DNA from: an uncultured cyanobacterium
GTDB lineage: Bacteria; Cyanobacteriota; Cyanobacteriia; Leptolyngbyales; Leptolyngbyaceae
Direction: 5' to 3'
NCBI GenBank assembly: GCA_963766075.1
Contig: CAVYAN010000033.1
Location: 1-57,820, forward strand
Length of the DNA stretch: 57,820 nucleotides
The notes below the pieces were generated by a model. That model was not told the origin of the DNA, did no database searches, and saw only the letters and a list, made by a program, of their open reading frames with translations. Made by a program: the position numbers and the translations under genes. Below are positions 38,969 to 50,313 of the stretch, one piece after another (position 1 is the first letter of the stretch; each line of letters opens with the position of its first letter).

Positions 38969-40870
38969 TTAATTAGATCTTAGAGAAATAGCGTTGGAAA
39001 CCAAGCTGCTGAGGGAGGTGGTGAGCGACATATGGGCAAGCATGGGGAAACAGAGCCAAACGCTCATAAACGCAATGCCCAAGATGATGGTGAGGGCGTA
39101 AAACTGTGACTGGCCGGAAGTAAAGTACTTCAGGGTTTGGCCAACCAGCAGGGTGATGAAGCCAAAGAAGTTGACCACGCCATCCACCAAGTATTTGTCG
39201 AACCAGGCGGTGAGTTGAGAAATGATACCCACGACCAAAATCACCGTGTTGCGGTAGATTTTGGGGGTGTAGAAGTCGTAGGCCACCCAGTCTTGCAGGG
39301 CCGGAATTGGAAATTTCACAGGCTTGGGAACTTGGCTACCCAGGTAAATGACTGCGCTCAGACCGGCTCCAAAGATGCTGGACCAAATTAGTAGGAGGGC
39401 CATATCTTTATCAATTTCCGTCCAAGCGGGAAGCAGGTTGAGAGCTTGCATAACGAGGGGTAGGTGGAGCGTAAAGCCGATCATCAGGGTCATGGGGATA
39501 GCCATGGGCCAATGCACTTCGGGCGATCGCTCCGACATTTGCTGTGGCTTACCGCCAAACACCAGGCAAAACAGCCGCGTTAGACCAAAGGCCGTAAACG
39601 CATTCACCACCAGGAGCAGCCCAATCAGCCAAAACCGGCTATCCGCCTTCAACCCTTGCACCAGCTCCAGCATGGACCAAAAGGTGCCGAGGGGCGGAAA
39701 GGCCACCAGACCCAAGCCCCCCACAATCAGCGCCAAACCCGACACAGGGCGACGGGACCACAGCCCTCCCAGTTGGGTGACATCTTGGGTAATGCTGTTC
39801 CAGACGACTGCGCCACTGCTCATCATCAATAACGCCATGGCCAGCGCATGGGAAAGAACCATCAGCAGGGCAGCTTCCGGATATCCAGCCCCGACAGCAA
39901 TGAATACAACCCCCATATAGGCTGTAACGAGGTATGACAGCGCTCGCTTGATGTCAATTTGGGCCAGGGCAATTAACGAACCCCCGATCGCCGAAACCGC
40001 CCCCACCGCGATCGTGGTTGTTTGCACCACTGGAGACAGAGCCAAAATCGGCTCCAATTTGACCAGCACCCACGCCCCCGTGGCCACGACCACCGCATTG
40101 CGCAAAATGGAGGCCGGCACTGGTCCTTCCATGGCCTCATCCAGCCAGAGGTGCAGCGGAAATTGGGCGCATTTGCCCATCGGTCCTGCAATCAGCGCCA
40201 AACCTAGCAACGTGATCACCGTAGGGTCTACCTGGGCAGTTTCCGCCCACACGGCCAACTCAGAAAAATTCCAGGTCCCTGCCAGGGGCAGCAGAGCGAT
40301 GACACCCATCAGCAAAAACAAGTCCCCAATCCGCTTGGTCAGGAAGGCATCGCGGGCTCCCGTAATTACAAGGGACTGATTAAACCAAATGCCGACAATC
40401 AGGTAGGTGCCCAGGGTGAGAATTTCCAGAATGATGTAGCAAAAGAAGAGAGAGTCGCAGAGGGCAAGGGCGGTCAATCCAGCTTCAAATACGGCCATAA
40501 AGGAAAACAGTCGTCCCCAGCCCCAGTCCAATTCCATGTAGCCAATGGCAAAGATTTGCGCCAACAGGTTTAAGCCCGTGACCAAGGCGATCGCCCCCAC
40601 CGTGAGCGCAGAAACTTGCAGGGGAATCGTAAAATTCAATCCTGCCACATCGAGCCAAGAGAGGGAGAATTCGTAGGCGGGCTTGCCCCAAATGGCGCGC
40701 AGAGCAAACACCGCATGCAGAAACGAGAGAAACGTCATCACCAAATTGACATAGCCAGCAGGGCGCGGCCCCGTGCGCCGTGTAACTGCCGGGAACCAAA
40801 TTACGGATAGAACCGCACCGAGCAGCGAGTAGCAAGGCACTAACCAGATGCTCTGGACGAGGGATTCCAT
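38969..40870 (-). CDS. ndhF3: NDH-1 subunit NdhF3 (CO2 uptake)
   Basis: RRTGPRPAGY, GKCAQFPLHLWLDEAMEGP, RSPEVHWPM; in an operon with ndhD3-cupA. Confidence 0.93.
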   Translation of the reverse strand: MESLVQSIWLVPCYSLLGAVLSVIWFPAVTRRTGPRPAGYVNLVMTFLSFLHAVFALRAIWGKPAYEFSLSWLDVAGLNFTIPLQVSALTVGAIALVTGLNLLAQIFAIGYMELDWGWGRLFSFMAVFEAGLTALALCDSLFFCYIILEILTLGTYLIVGIWFNQSLVITGARDAFLTKRIGDLFLLMGVIALLPLAGTWNFSELAVWAETAQVDPTVITLLGLALIAGPMGKCAQFPLHLWLDEAMEGPVPASILRNAVVVATGAWVLVKLEPILALSPVVQTTTIAVGAVSAIGGSLIALAQIDIKRALSYLVTAYMGVVFIAVGAGYPEAALLMVLSHALAMALLMMSSGAVVWNSITQDVTQLGGLWSRRPVSGLALIVGGLGLVAFPPLGTFWSMLELVQGLKADSRFWLIGLLLVVNAFTAFGLTRLFCLVFGGKPQQMSERSPEVHWPMAIPMTLMIGFTLHLPLVMQALNLLPAWTEIDKDMALLLIWSSIFGAGLSAVIYLGSQVPKPVKFPIPALQDWVAYDFYTPKIYRNTVILVVGIISQLTAWFDKYLVDGVVNFFGFITLLVGQTLKYFTSGQSQFYALTIILGIAFMSVWLCFPMLAHMSLTTSLSSLVSNAISLRSN

Positions 40871-41228
40871 TTATATCACCTCAAAAATTAAAGTATGGAT
40901 TTGTGGGATATTCAGACATCTGTACTCACTTCCCCAGGAAGATCTGGGTCCGTCAAGTGGACAGATTATGTTTTTTTAACAATTACGCTAAGTATTATGT
41001 ACCACGGGGCCTAGCGCAAAAGAACATTGCAATGATTGGAAACTATCGAGCAGACGAGCGATGCTGATCAATGGTTGCCCTAGCGAGGAAATGGCAGGTT
41101 TCGCTGGAGGCCACCCATGACGCCCCCCAACCGACTATGCTCCTGACATAGCCACCCAAATTCTCCCAAAGGAGTACCTGCACGGGGCCATTTTTGCCGA
41201 TAACGTTGAGAATAGAAATTTTTCTGGT

Positions 41229-41948
41229 GTGATCTTGAGCCTTCCCTATCCACATCGCCAAAAACAACTCCAAGCCCTGGTTCAGAAGCTGGGCTTACCC
41301 GCCTCTGTGCCGATTCAGTGGCACCTGTTAGATTTGGCCCTGACCCATCCAACGCTGTCTGCCACTGCGAATTATGAACAGTTGGAGTTTGTGGGCGACG
41401 CGGTGGTGCGCCTCACGGCGGCTGAGTTTTTGTTTGAAACCTATCCAGAGTTGCCGGTGGGGGAATTTACCGCAATTCGATCCGTTTTGGTCAGCGATCG
41501 CACCCTAGCCCAACTGGCGGCCTACTATGCCCTCGATCGCTACCTTTTAGTGTCTGAAAGCGCCGTCAAGGACACCCTCGGCAGGGAATCACGACTGGCA
41601 GAGGCATTTGAAGCCATTTTGGGGGCTCTTTACCTCAGTACCCACAGCCTCACACACATCCGGTCCTGGCTAGATCCCCATCTGCAAGCCCGGGTGACAG
41701 AAATTCGGGCTGACCCCGCACGCCAAAACTACAAAGCCGCCTTGCAAGAATGGACCCAACGCCATCATAAAACCCTGCCCGAATATCGGGTTACGGAGAC
41801 GGCGGGACGGATTGGAGCCGCCGATCGCTTTAGCGCAGAAGTGTGGGTCCAGGGAATCGCGATCGCCCAGGGCGATGGGCGATCGATCAAGGCAGCAGAA
41901 CAAGCCGCCGCCCAAACCGCCTTTCTAAAGCTGACTGCGTTAGGTTAG
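41229..41948 (+). CDS. rnc: Ribonuclease III
   Basis: NYEQLEFVGDAV, AEAFEAILGALY, dsRBD NYKAALQEW...SIKAAEQAAA. Confidence 0.95.
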   Translation: MILSLPYPHRQKQLQALVQKLGLPASVPIQWHLLDLALTHPTLSATANYEQLEFVGDAVVRLTAAEFLFETYPELPVGEFTAIRSVLVSDRTLAQLAAYYALDRYLLVSESAVKDTLGRESRLAEAFEAILGALYLSTHSLTHIRSWLDPHLQARVTEIRADPARQNYKAALQEWTQRHHKTLPEYRVTETAGRIGAADRFSAEVWVQGIAIAQGDGRSIKAAEQAAAQTAFLKLTALG

Positions 41949-42056
41949 CGGCACCCGCCCCATCAGTCCTGTTTTCCACTGACGGCTCAGTGCTAAACTC
42001 TTGAAGCCTTATCGGTTTAAAGCCTGGTCGGTTTGAAGCGTTCTTGGAATGACCCT

Positions 42057-42401
42057 ATGCCTGCCTATCTGCTCTTTCCTCTGTTATTGCTGTTGACGGT
42101 TGGGCTGAATACTGTAGGTCAAACTTGGCTAAAACTGGGGGCGGATAAAATACCGCCCCAAAGCTACTTCTATTTGTTGAGTGGATTGACGGCCTATGGG
42201 CTGAGCACCCTAGGGTATATCAAGGTGCTCAGCCGATTTGACCTCTCAGTCGCCTATCCGATTGTGATTGGACTGACCACAATTGCCACGACGCTCACGG
42301 GAGTCTTTTTTTTGCGAGAAAGAGTTGTTCTGACCCAATGGCTAGGCATTGGGCTAGTGCTCAGTGGTATCTCGGCGATTGCCCTGGCCAGACCCTCGTA
42401 G
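42057..42401 (+). CDS. SMR/DMT family small transporter (ArnE/F-like)
   Basis: Four TMs, GQTWLKLG, LSVAYP, FFLRERV...WLGIGLV. Confidence 0.8.
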   Translation: MPAYLLFPLLLLLTVGLNTVGQTWLKLGADKIPPQSYFYLLSGLTAYGLSTLGYIKVLSRFDLSVAYPIVIGLTTIATTLTGVFFLRERVVLTQWLGIGLVLSGISAIALARPS

Positions 42402-42494
42402 GGATTTTGGATTACAGCCGGAATTCTTGAATATTCCTCACATTTCCCTATTCAAGAGCATTTCCCCATTCAAGACTATTTAATAAATCAAAAA

Positions 42495-43442
42495 TCAATA
42501 CAGTCCTTGCACCCATGCCCATTCCTGGGCCAGTCCATCGGCTAAAAGCACTTGGGGGTTGTAGCCCAGGAGGGTGCGAGCTTTGGTAACATCGGCGGCG
42601 GTGTGGCGAGCATCGCCCATGGCTGTACTTTGATACTCGCGTTTGAGCGGGACACCCAAAATCCGATCAATGGTATCTAGGACCTCCATAAGGACGACTC
42701 GGCTGCCCCCGCCAATGTTGAAGACTTCTCCGATCGCCGCCGGGACCTCAGCGGCGGCCAGGTTGGCGGCTACGACATCACCCACAAAGGTAAAGTCACG
42801 CGTTTGCTGACCGTCGCCATAGATCGGAATGGGGCGATCGTCTAGAAATGCTTTGAAAAATTTGTGAAAGGCCATATCGGGCCGCTGCCGAGGACCATAC
42901 ACCGAAAAGTAGCGCAGGGCGGTCACCGGCACCCCAAAGTTCTGCTGATAGAGCCAGCACAGTCGCTCTGCTGCGAGTTTGGTTATGCCATAGGGCGAAA
43001 CAGGCTGCGGTGGAATAAGCTCATCTGTAGGCAAAGTTTCGGCATTGCCATAGACCGATGAAGTGGATGCATACACCAACCGCTTGAGACAAGGGGCGGC
43101 TTTGGCAGCTTCCAAAAGGACTTGGGTCGCATTAATGTTACGCTCGGTGTAGTCCCGAAAGCCACTGCCCCAACTGGCCCGAACTCCAGCCTGCGCCGCT
43201 TGGTGATAGATGACCTCCACATCTTGGAGTAACGCGGCCCAGTCAAGATGCTGAATATCGCCATCCACCAATTGAAATTGGGGGTGCTGCTCCAGATGGG
43301 CCAAGTTCTTGCGTTTTAGGGCTGTGTCGTAATAATCATTGAAATGATCGACACCGATGACGCGATCGCCGCGGTGTAACAGCGCATCGACCAGATGCGA
43401 TCCAATAAAACCTGCGGCTCCGGTCACGATACTGAGTGTCAT
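42495..43442 (-). CDS. NAD-dependent nucleotide-sugar epimerase/dehydratase
   Basis: TGAAGFIG, HQAAQAGVR, YGITK, YGPRQRPDMA, RDFTFV. Confidence 0.95.
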   Translation of the reverse strand: MTLSIVTGAAGFIGSHLVDALLHRGDRVIGVDHFNDYYDTALKRKNLAHLEQHPQFQLVDGDIQHLDWAALLQDVEVIYHQAAQAGVRASWGSGFRDYTERNINATQVLLEAAKAAPCLKRLVYASTSSVYGNAETLPTDELIPPQPVSPYGITKLAAERLCWLYQQNFGVPVTALRYFSVYGPRQRPDMAFHKFFKAFLDDRPIPIYGDGQQTRDFTFVGDVVAANLAAAEVPAAIGEVFNIGGGSRVVLMEVLDTIDRILGVPLKREYQSTAMGDARHTAADVTKARTLLGYNPQVLLADGLAQEWAWVQGLY

Positions 43443-45079
43443 TCGGGTTAGAGGTATGAAAAGGGACAGCGAGATGCCTGGATTTTCCGGGGCGCTCTCC
43501 TCGTCAGCCTACCCAAGGTTGCTCATTGTGGCAAGCCTGTTCTTACAGCAAGCCTGTTTTGATGGCTAGTTTTGATGGCCAGCCTGTTTTTAGCGCAAGT
43601 AGCAGGCGCAATTGGCGGCCATCAGGCAATCCATTCAGCTTTGTGTAGACTTGCCGCTTCGCCTGCCCTTTCCCCGCAGCATTCCCCCTGAACAATAAGA
43701 AGAAACAAAATCGGAAAAACATCCTGAGGGCTGGGGTGCGGGATGACGAACAAAAATATATGCGATTAGGTTTTCCATGAATCATTAACGGAGCGCGATC
43801 GCTAATTCAACCTTACAAAGATCTCGCCACCCTCCTTCTAATTGTGAAAATTCAATACGTTCCAGTACACATCAAACAAATCAACCATTTCCATAAACAC
43901 GATTTACATCGCTACCATGCCATGATTAATTCAAGCCCACGAAAACAATAGCTAATGAGAAACTTAACTTTGGATCAGGGCCAAGACGCCCCGATCAATT
44001 ACCATTCAAACAGCTCAATCATTTTCCGGCGGCATCCACATCAATGCTTAACTATTACCTGAAACAGCCATAAATTTATCTATTCTAACAGGCAAGTCAG
44101 ATTAGAACCTGCTCCTAGAGCTTTATATCCAACGGCTCATCACGCAATAACGTACTATTTCCTTACACCTCTCTGCCCTCATTACTCCCCCAGAACATCC
44201 AAATTTATATCACAGTTTTTTAGTTAATCACCTTTTGATCCGCGTCATAAATTCTGGTCATTCTCAGAATTAGTCACAATAATAAATTGAGTTTAAATTC
44301 AAAGCTTCTACAAATCAAAGTCCAAGCTAAATCTTGCAAAAACTCAACAATTTTAACCCTTAAAAACCTCATTTAATCACAATTAACACATGATTAAATT
44401 AATACAAAATAAAAGCATGAGAATTAAAAATCATCAGATTTTTTTACACTGTCATCATTTTATGAGCTAATGGAAATATTATGTTTTTTCTGTAATTAAA
44501 AAATCGATTTAAATCGATAAATCAAAGCACTGCTGAAAAACATCAACTGATAAAAAACGAATCAAAAACAGAAAATTAATACAGTGGAGACTTATAAAAG
44601 TCTATCGAATAATCATCCAATAAACCCCAGCAGCTTAGAGCTTAAAAACCGAATATTATGAAATCAGCATCACCCAGGCCGCGCATCGACATCAGTTCGC
44701 GGCTCAGTCGATTGCCTCAGAGACTGCTTACCTCAATTCTGGCGATCGCACTGGAAACCCAATGGCGATCGGTAAGGGACAGGGGTCAATCTCAGCGTAA
44801 AAATTTCTTAAATTTAACAAGAATTCCTTTGAAACCCCTTGACTTTATTGGCAAGACTGGTCAAGTTCGGGATTCTCTACTATAGTGAAGGCAGTCAATG
44901 CTTATCTTAATGTTAAGATCTTGTGAGATTGTTGATTGATTGTACAGTTTTACTGAGTATTATTGCTTAGGTTGCCCAGTCTCTAAATATCTAGCGCTTA
45001 GTTAATCGATTAACTGCACCACCGGAACTCAGAAGCAGTGCTTCGCTCACTCGAAAGTCTCACTTCTAGGAGGTTGGTT

Positions 45080-46153
45080 ATGCGGATTGCCCAAATTGCT
45101 CCCCTATGGGAATGTGTTCCTCCGCCGGCCTATGGCGGCATTGAACTGGTCGTTTCATTACTTACAGACGAACTGGTCAGACGTGGCCATGATGTCACTC
45201 TATTTGCTTCTGGTGACTCCACCACCCTGGCAAACCTGGAATCCATTCATCCCCGCGCCCTGCGCTTGGATGATTCCGTTAAAGAATATGGCATCTATGA
45301 GATGCTGCAACTCAGCCAAGTTTACGAACGGGCCCAGGAATTTGACATTATTCATTCCCACATGGGTTGTGCTGCTTTGCCTTACACCCGACTGGTGAAA
45401 ACGCCCACCGTTCATACGTTACACGGTGTTTTCACTCCAGATAATGAGAAAATGTTTCGCTATGCCAAGCGGCAACCCTATGTCAGCATTTCCAATGCCC
45501 AGCGCGAACCCAGGCTGGACTTGAATTGCGTGGCCACGGTGTACAACGGGATTGATCCGGATACCTATGACTTTTATCCTCAGCCCAGTCAGCCTCCTTA
45601 CCTGGCGTTCTTGGGTCGCCTTTCCCCTGAGAAGGGGCCTCACTTAGCCATCGAAATTGCTAAGAAAGCAGGTTGGCGGTTAAAGCTGGCAGGCAAGATC
45701 GATATAGTCGATCGCGAGTTTTATGAAACAGCCCTCAAGCCCCATATTGACGGCGATCAAATTCAGTACTTGGGGGAAGCCAACCATGCTCAAAAGTCTG
45801 TCCTGATGGGGAATGCTGTAGCGACGTTGTTCCCCATTACCTGGCGGGAACCCTTTGGTTTAGTGATGGCAGAGTCGATGGCAACAGGGACTCCGGTCAT
45901 CGCCATGGCATTGGGTTCTGCCCCAGAGGTAATTGATCACGGTAAAACCGGCTTCCTGTGTCACAACGTGGATGAGTGCATTGAAGCCTTGGCAAAAATC
46001 GCCACGATTGATCGGGCGGCCTGTCGGGCCCATGTCGTCAAAACCTTTAGTGTGCAGAACATGACGGATGGCTATGAAGCAGTCTATCGGCAGGTTTTGG
46101 CCGAACGATTTGCCCAAAATGGCCATGCACGGCAGATGACTTCGGTAGTGTAA
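45080..46153 (+). CDS. Glycosyltransferase family 4
   Basis: MRIAQIAP...PPAYGGIE, LGRLSPEKG, EPFGLVMAE; AGGAGG RBS before ATG 45080. Confidence 0.93.
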   Translation: MRIAQIAPLWECVPPPAYGGIELVVSLLTDELVRRGHDVTLFASGDSTTLANLESIHPRALRLDDSVKEYGIYEMLQLSQVYERAQEFDIIHSHMGCAALPYTRLVKTPTVHTLHGVFTPDNEKMFRYAKRQPYVSISNAQREPRLDLNCVATVYNGIDPDTYDFYPQPSQPPYLAFLGRLSPEKGPHLAIEIAKKAGWRLKLAGKIDIVDREFYETALKPHIDGDQIQYLGEANHAQKSVLMGNAVATLFPITWREPFGLVMAESMATGTPVIAMALGSAPEVIDHGKTGFLCHNVDECIEALAKIATIDRAACRAHVVKTFSVQNMTDGYEAVYRQVLAERFAQNGHARQMTSVV

Positions 46154-46623
46154 TTTTTCTAGAAGGCGTGACTTTCTGGATGATGCAGTTATTCGCATAT
46201 AGGGCTATCCGTTATGGCTGTTTCTTTCTAGATTGAGGAGATCGATTGAGTGGCTCTTGTGCGCCGAAATTATGCATCAAAAGATAGAGTGTCAAAATTT
46301 TGAAATGTCTTATTCTCGTCAGTATACACAGATGACACCTATGGGGTTAGGGTAGCCCTATTCAGGATAAGGGGGGATTTTCATCCCCCTTTTTGTAACA
46401 TTTCGATTCTGCTAAAATCCGAATGGCTTCAATGATTAAATATTGAGTTTTTGTTTTCGTTTTCACTATTGCAGTGAAACTGTGATTTAGAAGACTTTAA
46501 CGTTTCTGTCCGGGGTTTATCTTTTGGATGGGATGCGTTTTTAAAAAGTCGTCGATCGCGACCCAATGATCGCGTTTAGTGAATCATTTCCGGATTTTCC
46601 GGATTTTCTATTGAGGTAAATGC

Positions 46624-48108
46624 ATGGTTAGTTTTAATACACAATCTATTTTGACAACGGCATTAGATGCGGCGACAGCAGCAGACAGCGGTGAAGTCCT
46701 GTCTACTCCATTGCCTCCTCAGTCTCAGCATCGGCCATCCTACATGACATCCCGGCATAAGGCTCCCAATCGGCAGGCAATCGCGCTGATTTCAGATCAT
46801 GGAGATCCGGCAGCAGAAATTGGTAAAGAGCAAGCTGGAGGCCAGAATGTTTATGTCCGGCAAGTGGGTGAAGCCCTCGCTAAATTGGGCTGGCAAGTGG
46901 ACATGTTTACCCGCAAGGTTCACGCTACTGACGACGCCATCGTGCAGCATTCCCCCCACTGCCGCACCATCCGCCTCAGCGCTGGCCCAGAGCAATTTAT
47001 CCATCGGGACCAAGTATTTGATTACATGCCAGACTTTTTAGCGGCTTTTCAAAAGTTTCAAAGCAAGAGCGGCATGAACTATCCCTTAGTGCATACCAAT
47101 TATTGGATGTCTGCCTGGATTGGGCTGCAACTGAAGGCGGAGAACAATGTGCAGTTGGTGCACACCTATCACTCCCTCGGGGCGATTAAGTATCAAACGA
47201 CGCAGCAGCGTCCAGCGATCGCCGAGACCCGGCTTGCGATCGAGCAGCAAATTCTGGAACAGGCGAACTGCATTGTAGCCACCAGTCCTCAGGAAGAATC
47301 CGCCCTGCGATCGTGGGTGTCGGAGGCAGGCTCAATCAAAGTGATTCCCTGTGGTACCGATATTGATAACTTCCATATTATGCCCAAGGCTGAAGCCCGC
47401 ACCAAGCTTGGCTTTGGGGCAAATGAAGCCGTAATTTTGTACGTCGGTCGCTTTGATCCGCGCAAAGGAATTGAAACCCTGGTTCGGGCCTGTGCACATC
47501 TACAAGCTCTGGACAATTCGGCTCCGACAGCCGTGCGCCTAGTGATCGTGGGCGGTAGTGAAGCCGACCAACCCGATGGGGCTGAGCGGCAGCGGATTGA
47601 AGCGTTGGTGCAGGAACTGGGGTTAGCCCAGCAGACACAGTTTGTAGGCCGAGTGGGGCATGATCGGCTGCCGCTATACTATACGGCGGCGGATGTCTGT
47701 GTGATTCCCAGCCACTATGAGCCGTTTGGACTGGTGGCGATCGAAGCAATGGCCTGCGGCACACCTGTGGTGGCTTCGGACGTGGGAGGGCTCAAGTTTA
47801 CGGTCGTTCCCGAAGAAACGGGACTGCTGGTGCCGCCCCAGGACACCGCTGCCTTTGCCCATGCCATTCAACGTATTCTTTCAGATGATCTGTGGGCGCG
47901 CAAACTGCAACGCCAAGCCTCGGCCCGGGTGCAGCAAAACTTTAGCTGGTCAGGAGTAGCAGTGCAGCTCAGTGATCTTTACCGGCGCTTACTAGCCAGT
48001 TCGATTTCTGACGAGCTATTTTGGCAGGGCACAGCGCCTAGCCGTCCGGCAGTGGGCAATTATGCGGCTCGCCGGGTGGTCACTCCCAGCTTAACGAAGG
48101 TGTCCTAG
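46624..48108 (+). CDS. GT4 glycosyltransferase, sucrose-phosphate-synthase/MshA-like
   Basis: AGGQNVYV, HTNYW, HTYHSLG, VGRFDPRKG, YEPFGLVAIEAMACG; exact start uncertain. Confidence 0.88.
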   Translation: MVSFNTQSILTTALDAATAADSGEVLSTPLPPQSQHRPSYMTSRHKAPNRQAIALISDHGDPAAEIGKEQAGGQNVYVRQVGEALAKLGWQVDMFTRKVHATDDAIVQHSPHCRTIRLSAGPEQFIHRDQVFDYMPDFLAAFQKFQSKSGMNYPLVHTNYWMSAWIGLQLKAENNVQLVHTYHSLGAIKYQTTQQRPAIAETRLAIEQQILEQANCIVATSPQEESALRSWVSEAGSIKVIPCGTDIDNFHIMPKAEARTKLGFGANEAVILYVGRFDPRKGIETLVRACAHLQALDNSAPTAVRLVIVGGSEADQPDGAERQRIEALVQELGLAQQTQFVGRVGHDRLPLYYTAADVCVIPSHYEPFGLVAIEAMACGTPVVASDVGGLKFTVVPEETGLLVPPQDTAAFAHAIQRILSDDLWARKLQRQASARVQQNFSWSGVAVQLSDLYRRLLASSISDELFWQGTAPSRPAVGNYAARRVVTPSLTKVS

Positions 48109-48373
48109 GCAGAGAATTGATATTAACATCCACAATTTCGCCTGAAGGGCGCAGCCTGCAGTCCTGGTACTGGATTGGCACTAGCCCTACGACCGCAGGC
48201 TACGCCCCTACAAAAAAATGAACCGTGGGCCGTCACTCTGCGGGCGCTGGCATTCAGTCCCCGAACAGCAGGATTCCTGGGAGAGTCCTGCCCTCGGCTA
48301 CTCAGCTTTACCAGAAATAGGCTTTACAATAATAGAGATCTAACCTCTAACCCCGATTTTTCAGGTCTTGTCT

Positions 48374-49471
48374 ATGTCCGTTCTGGCTGCGATCGCTGTT
48401 CTCACGTTGCTCATAGTGGTTCATGAATTAGGACACTTTGCTGCCGCACGGCTCCAAGGCATTTATGCCAACCGCTTTTCCATCGGCTTTGGACCGATTT
48501 TATGGAAATATCAAGGGTCACAAACGGAATATGCCCTACGTGCCTTTCCCCTAGGCGGCTTTGTCGGGTTCCCCGATGATGATCCTGACAGTACCATCCC
48601 TCAGGATGATCCGAACCTGATGAAAAATCGCCCCGTGTTGGATCGGGCGATCGTCATTAGTGCAGGTGTCATCGCTAATCTGATTTTTGCTTATGTCCTC
48701 CTAGCCACTCAAATTGGCATTGTGGGCATTCCTGAATTTGACCAACCCGGCGTGCAAATTGCTGACATCCGGTCTGACATCACGACCGCTGCGGTGCAGG
48801 CGGGCTTGCAAAAAGGTGATGTCGTGCTGGCGATCAATCGCCAAGACTTGGGTAATCAATTTGAGGCGATCGAAACGCTGCGCCAAGAAATTAGTACCCA
48901 CCCCGGCCAACCCCTTGAACTGAAAATTCAACGCAACGGCACCTCCCTCGCCAATCCCATTGTGGTCACCCCCCAACTGGACGATAAAACCCAAGAGGGC
49001 AAAATCGGCGTTTCCCTCAAGCACTACGGCAATATTGTTCGCCAGCGCGTGGGCAGTCCGGTGACGATTCTGGCGATTGCCGCTGAGGAATTTCAGCGCA
49101 TCACCCTGCTCACCCTACAAGGATTTGGCCAACTGATGACCCAGTTTGGCAAAGTGGCTGACCAAATCTCTGGGCCGGTCAAAATCGTTGAGCAAGGGGC
49201 TAAGCTGGCCCGCTCTGACGCATCTAGCCTGTTTACCTTTGGAGCCTTGATTAGCATTAACCTGGCGGTAATCAATATCCTCCCCCTACCCGCCCTTGAT
49301 GGGGGGCAATTAGCCTTCCTGTTGATTGAAGGGCTCCTGGGTAAACCACTGCCTAAACGCCTCCAGGAAGGTGTCATGCAAACCGGGCTAGTGCTCCTGC
49401 TGAGCCTGGGAGTTTTCCTGATCGTCCGCGACACGACACAGCTTGAGTACATTCAACAATTGTTGAAGTAG
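48374..49471 (+). CDS. rseP: RIP metalloprotease RseP
   Basis: HELGH, PDZ domain, NILPLPALDGG. Confidence 0.95.
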   Translation: MSVLAAIAVLTLLIVVHELGHFAAARLQGIYANRFSIGFGPILWKYQGSQTEYALRAFPLGGFVGFPDDDPDSTIPQDDPNLMKNRPVLDRAIVISAGVIANLIFAYVLLATQIGIVGIPEFDQPGVQIADIRSDITTAAVQAGLQKGDVVLAINRQDLGNQFEAIETLRQEISTHPGQPLELKIQRNGTSLANPIVVTPQLDDKTQEGKIGVSLKHYGNIVRQRVGSPVTILAIAAEEFQRITLLTLQGFGQLMTQFGKVADQISGPVKIVEQGAKLARSDASSLFTFGALISINLAVINILPLPALDGGQLAFLLIEGLLGKPLPKRLQEGVMQTGLVLLLSLGVFLIVRDTTQLEYIQQLLK

Positions 49472-49524
49472 TGTTAAAGTAGCCTGTTGAAGTAGCCGTT
49501 TATTTTTTAGTTCTCTCCCTTCCC

Positions 49525-50202
49525 ATGGTTGCGGCCAAGCTCCCCTCCAAAAAACAGCGTGCCTTGGCGATTTTACAGCGGCTTCAGCAGCTCTATCCGG
49601 ATGCCAAGTGTTCTCTAGACTACGAGACTCCGGTGCAATTGCTAGTAGCCACCGTTCTATCGGCACAATGTACCGATGAACGCGTGAATAAGGTGACACC
49701 GGAGTTATTTCGACGGTTTCCCGATGCGCCCAGTCTGGCCGCTGCGGACCCCGATATTGTCGTAGAACTGGTGAAGTCCACGGGATTTTTTCGTAATAAA
49801 GCGAGAAATATTCAGGGGGCCTGTCGCCGCATTGTGGAGGATTTTGGAGGCAGCGTGCCGCAGACCATGGAAGAATTGCTCACCTTGCCGGGAGTGGCCC
49901 GAAAAACCGCCAACGTTGTCCTGGCCCACGCCTTTGGCATCCACATGGGTGTCACAGTGGATACCCATGTAAAACGGCTGACCTATCGCTTGGGGCTAAC
50001 TAAGCACACGGACCCCATCCATGTTGAACAGGATTTGATGAAGCTCCTGCCTCGTCCAGATTGGGAGAATTGGTCAATTCGGCTGATTTATCATGGGCGC
50101 GCCCACTGTATGGCCCGCAACCCACAGTGCGAAGGTTGCCCCCTCGCTGATTTATGTCCGGCAGCAACCCAGCCCCACAAGCGGATTGTGCCGAAAAATT
50201 AA
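49525..50202 (+). CDS. nth: Endonuclease III
   Basis: LSAQCTD, HhH LPGVARKTA, VDTHV, C-x6-C-x2-C-x5-C Fe-S motif. Confidence 0.97.
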   Translation: MVAAKLPSKKQRALAILQRLQQLYPDAKCSLDYETPVQLLVATVLSAQCTDERVNKVTPELFRRFPDAPSLAAADPDIVVELVKSTGFFRNKARNIQGACRRIVEDFGGSVPQTMEELLTLPGVARKTANVVLAHAFGIHMGVTVDTHVKRLTYRLGLTKHTDPIHVEQDLMKLLPRPDWENWSIRLIYHGRAHCMARNPQCEGCPLADLCPAATQPHKRIVPKN

Positions 50203-50313
50203 ACTCAAGAATTTAAGCCTGAAAAATTCAGTTATTTTGATCTGAGACGAGCTTTAGTTTGCTAGTATAGGTAGCTGTGTCTTTAAGAATTGCATTACAG
50301 AATTGGGAGCGTT

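Noticed and set aside
40871..41228. NdhR/CcmR operator upstream of ndhF3
   Set aside because: Expected from known biology, but I could not identify a convincing motif in the sequence.
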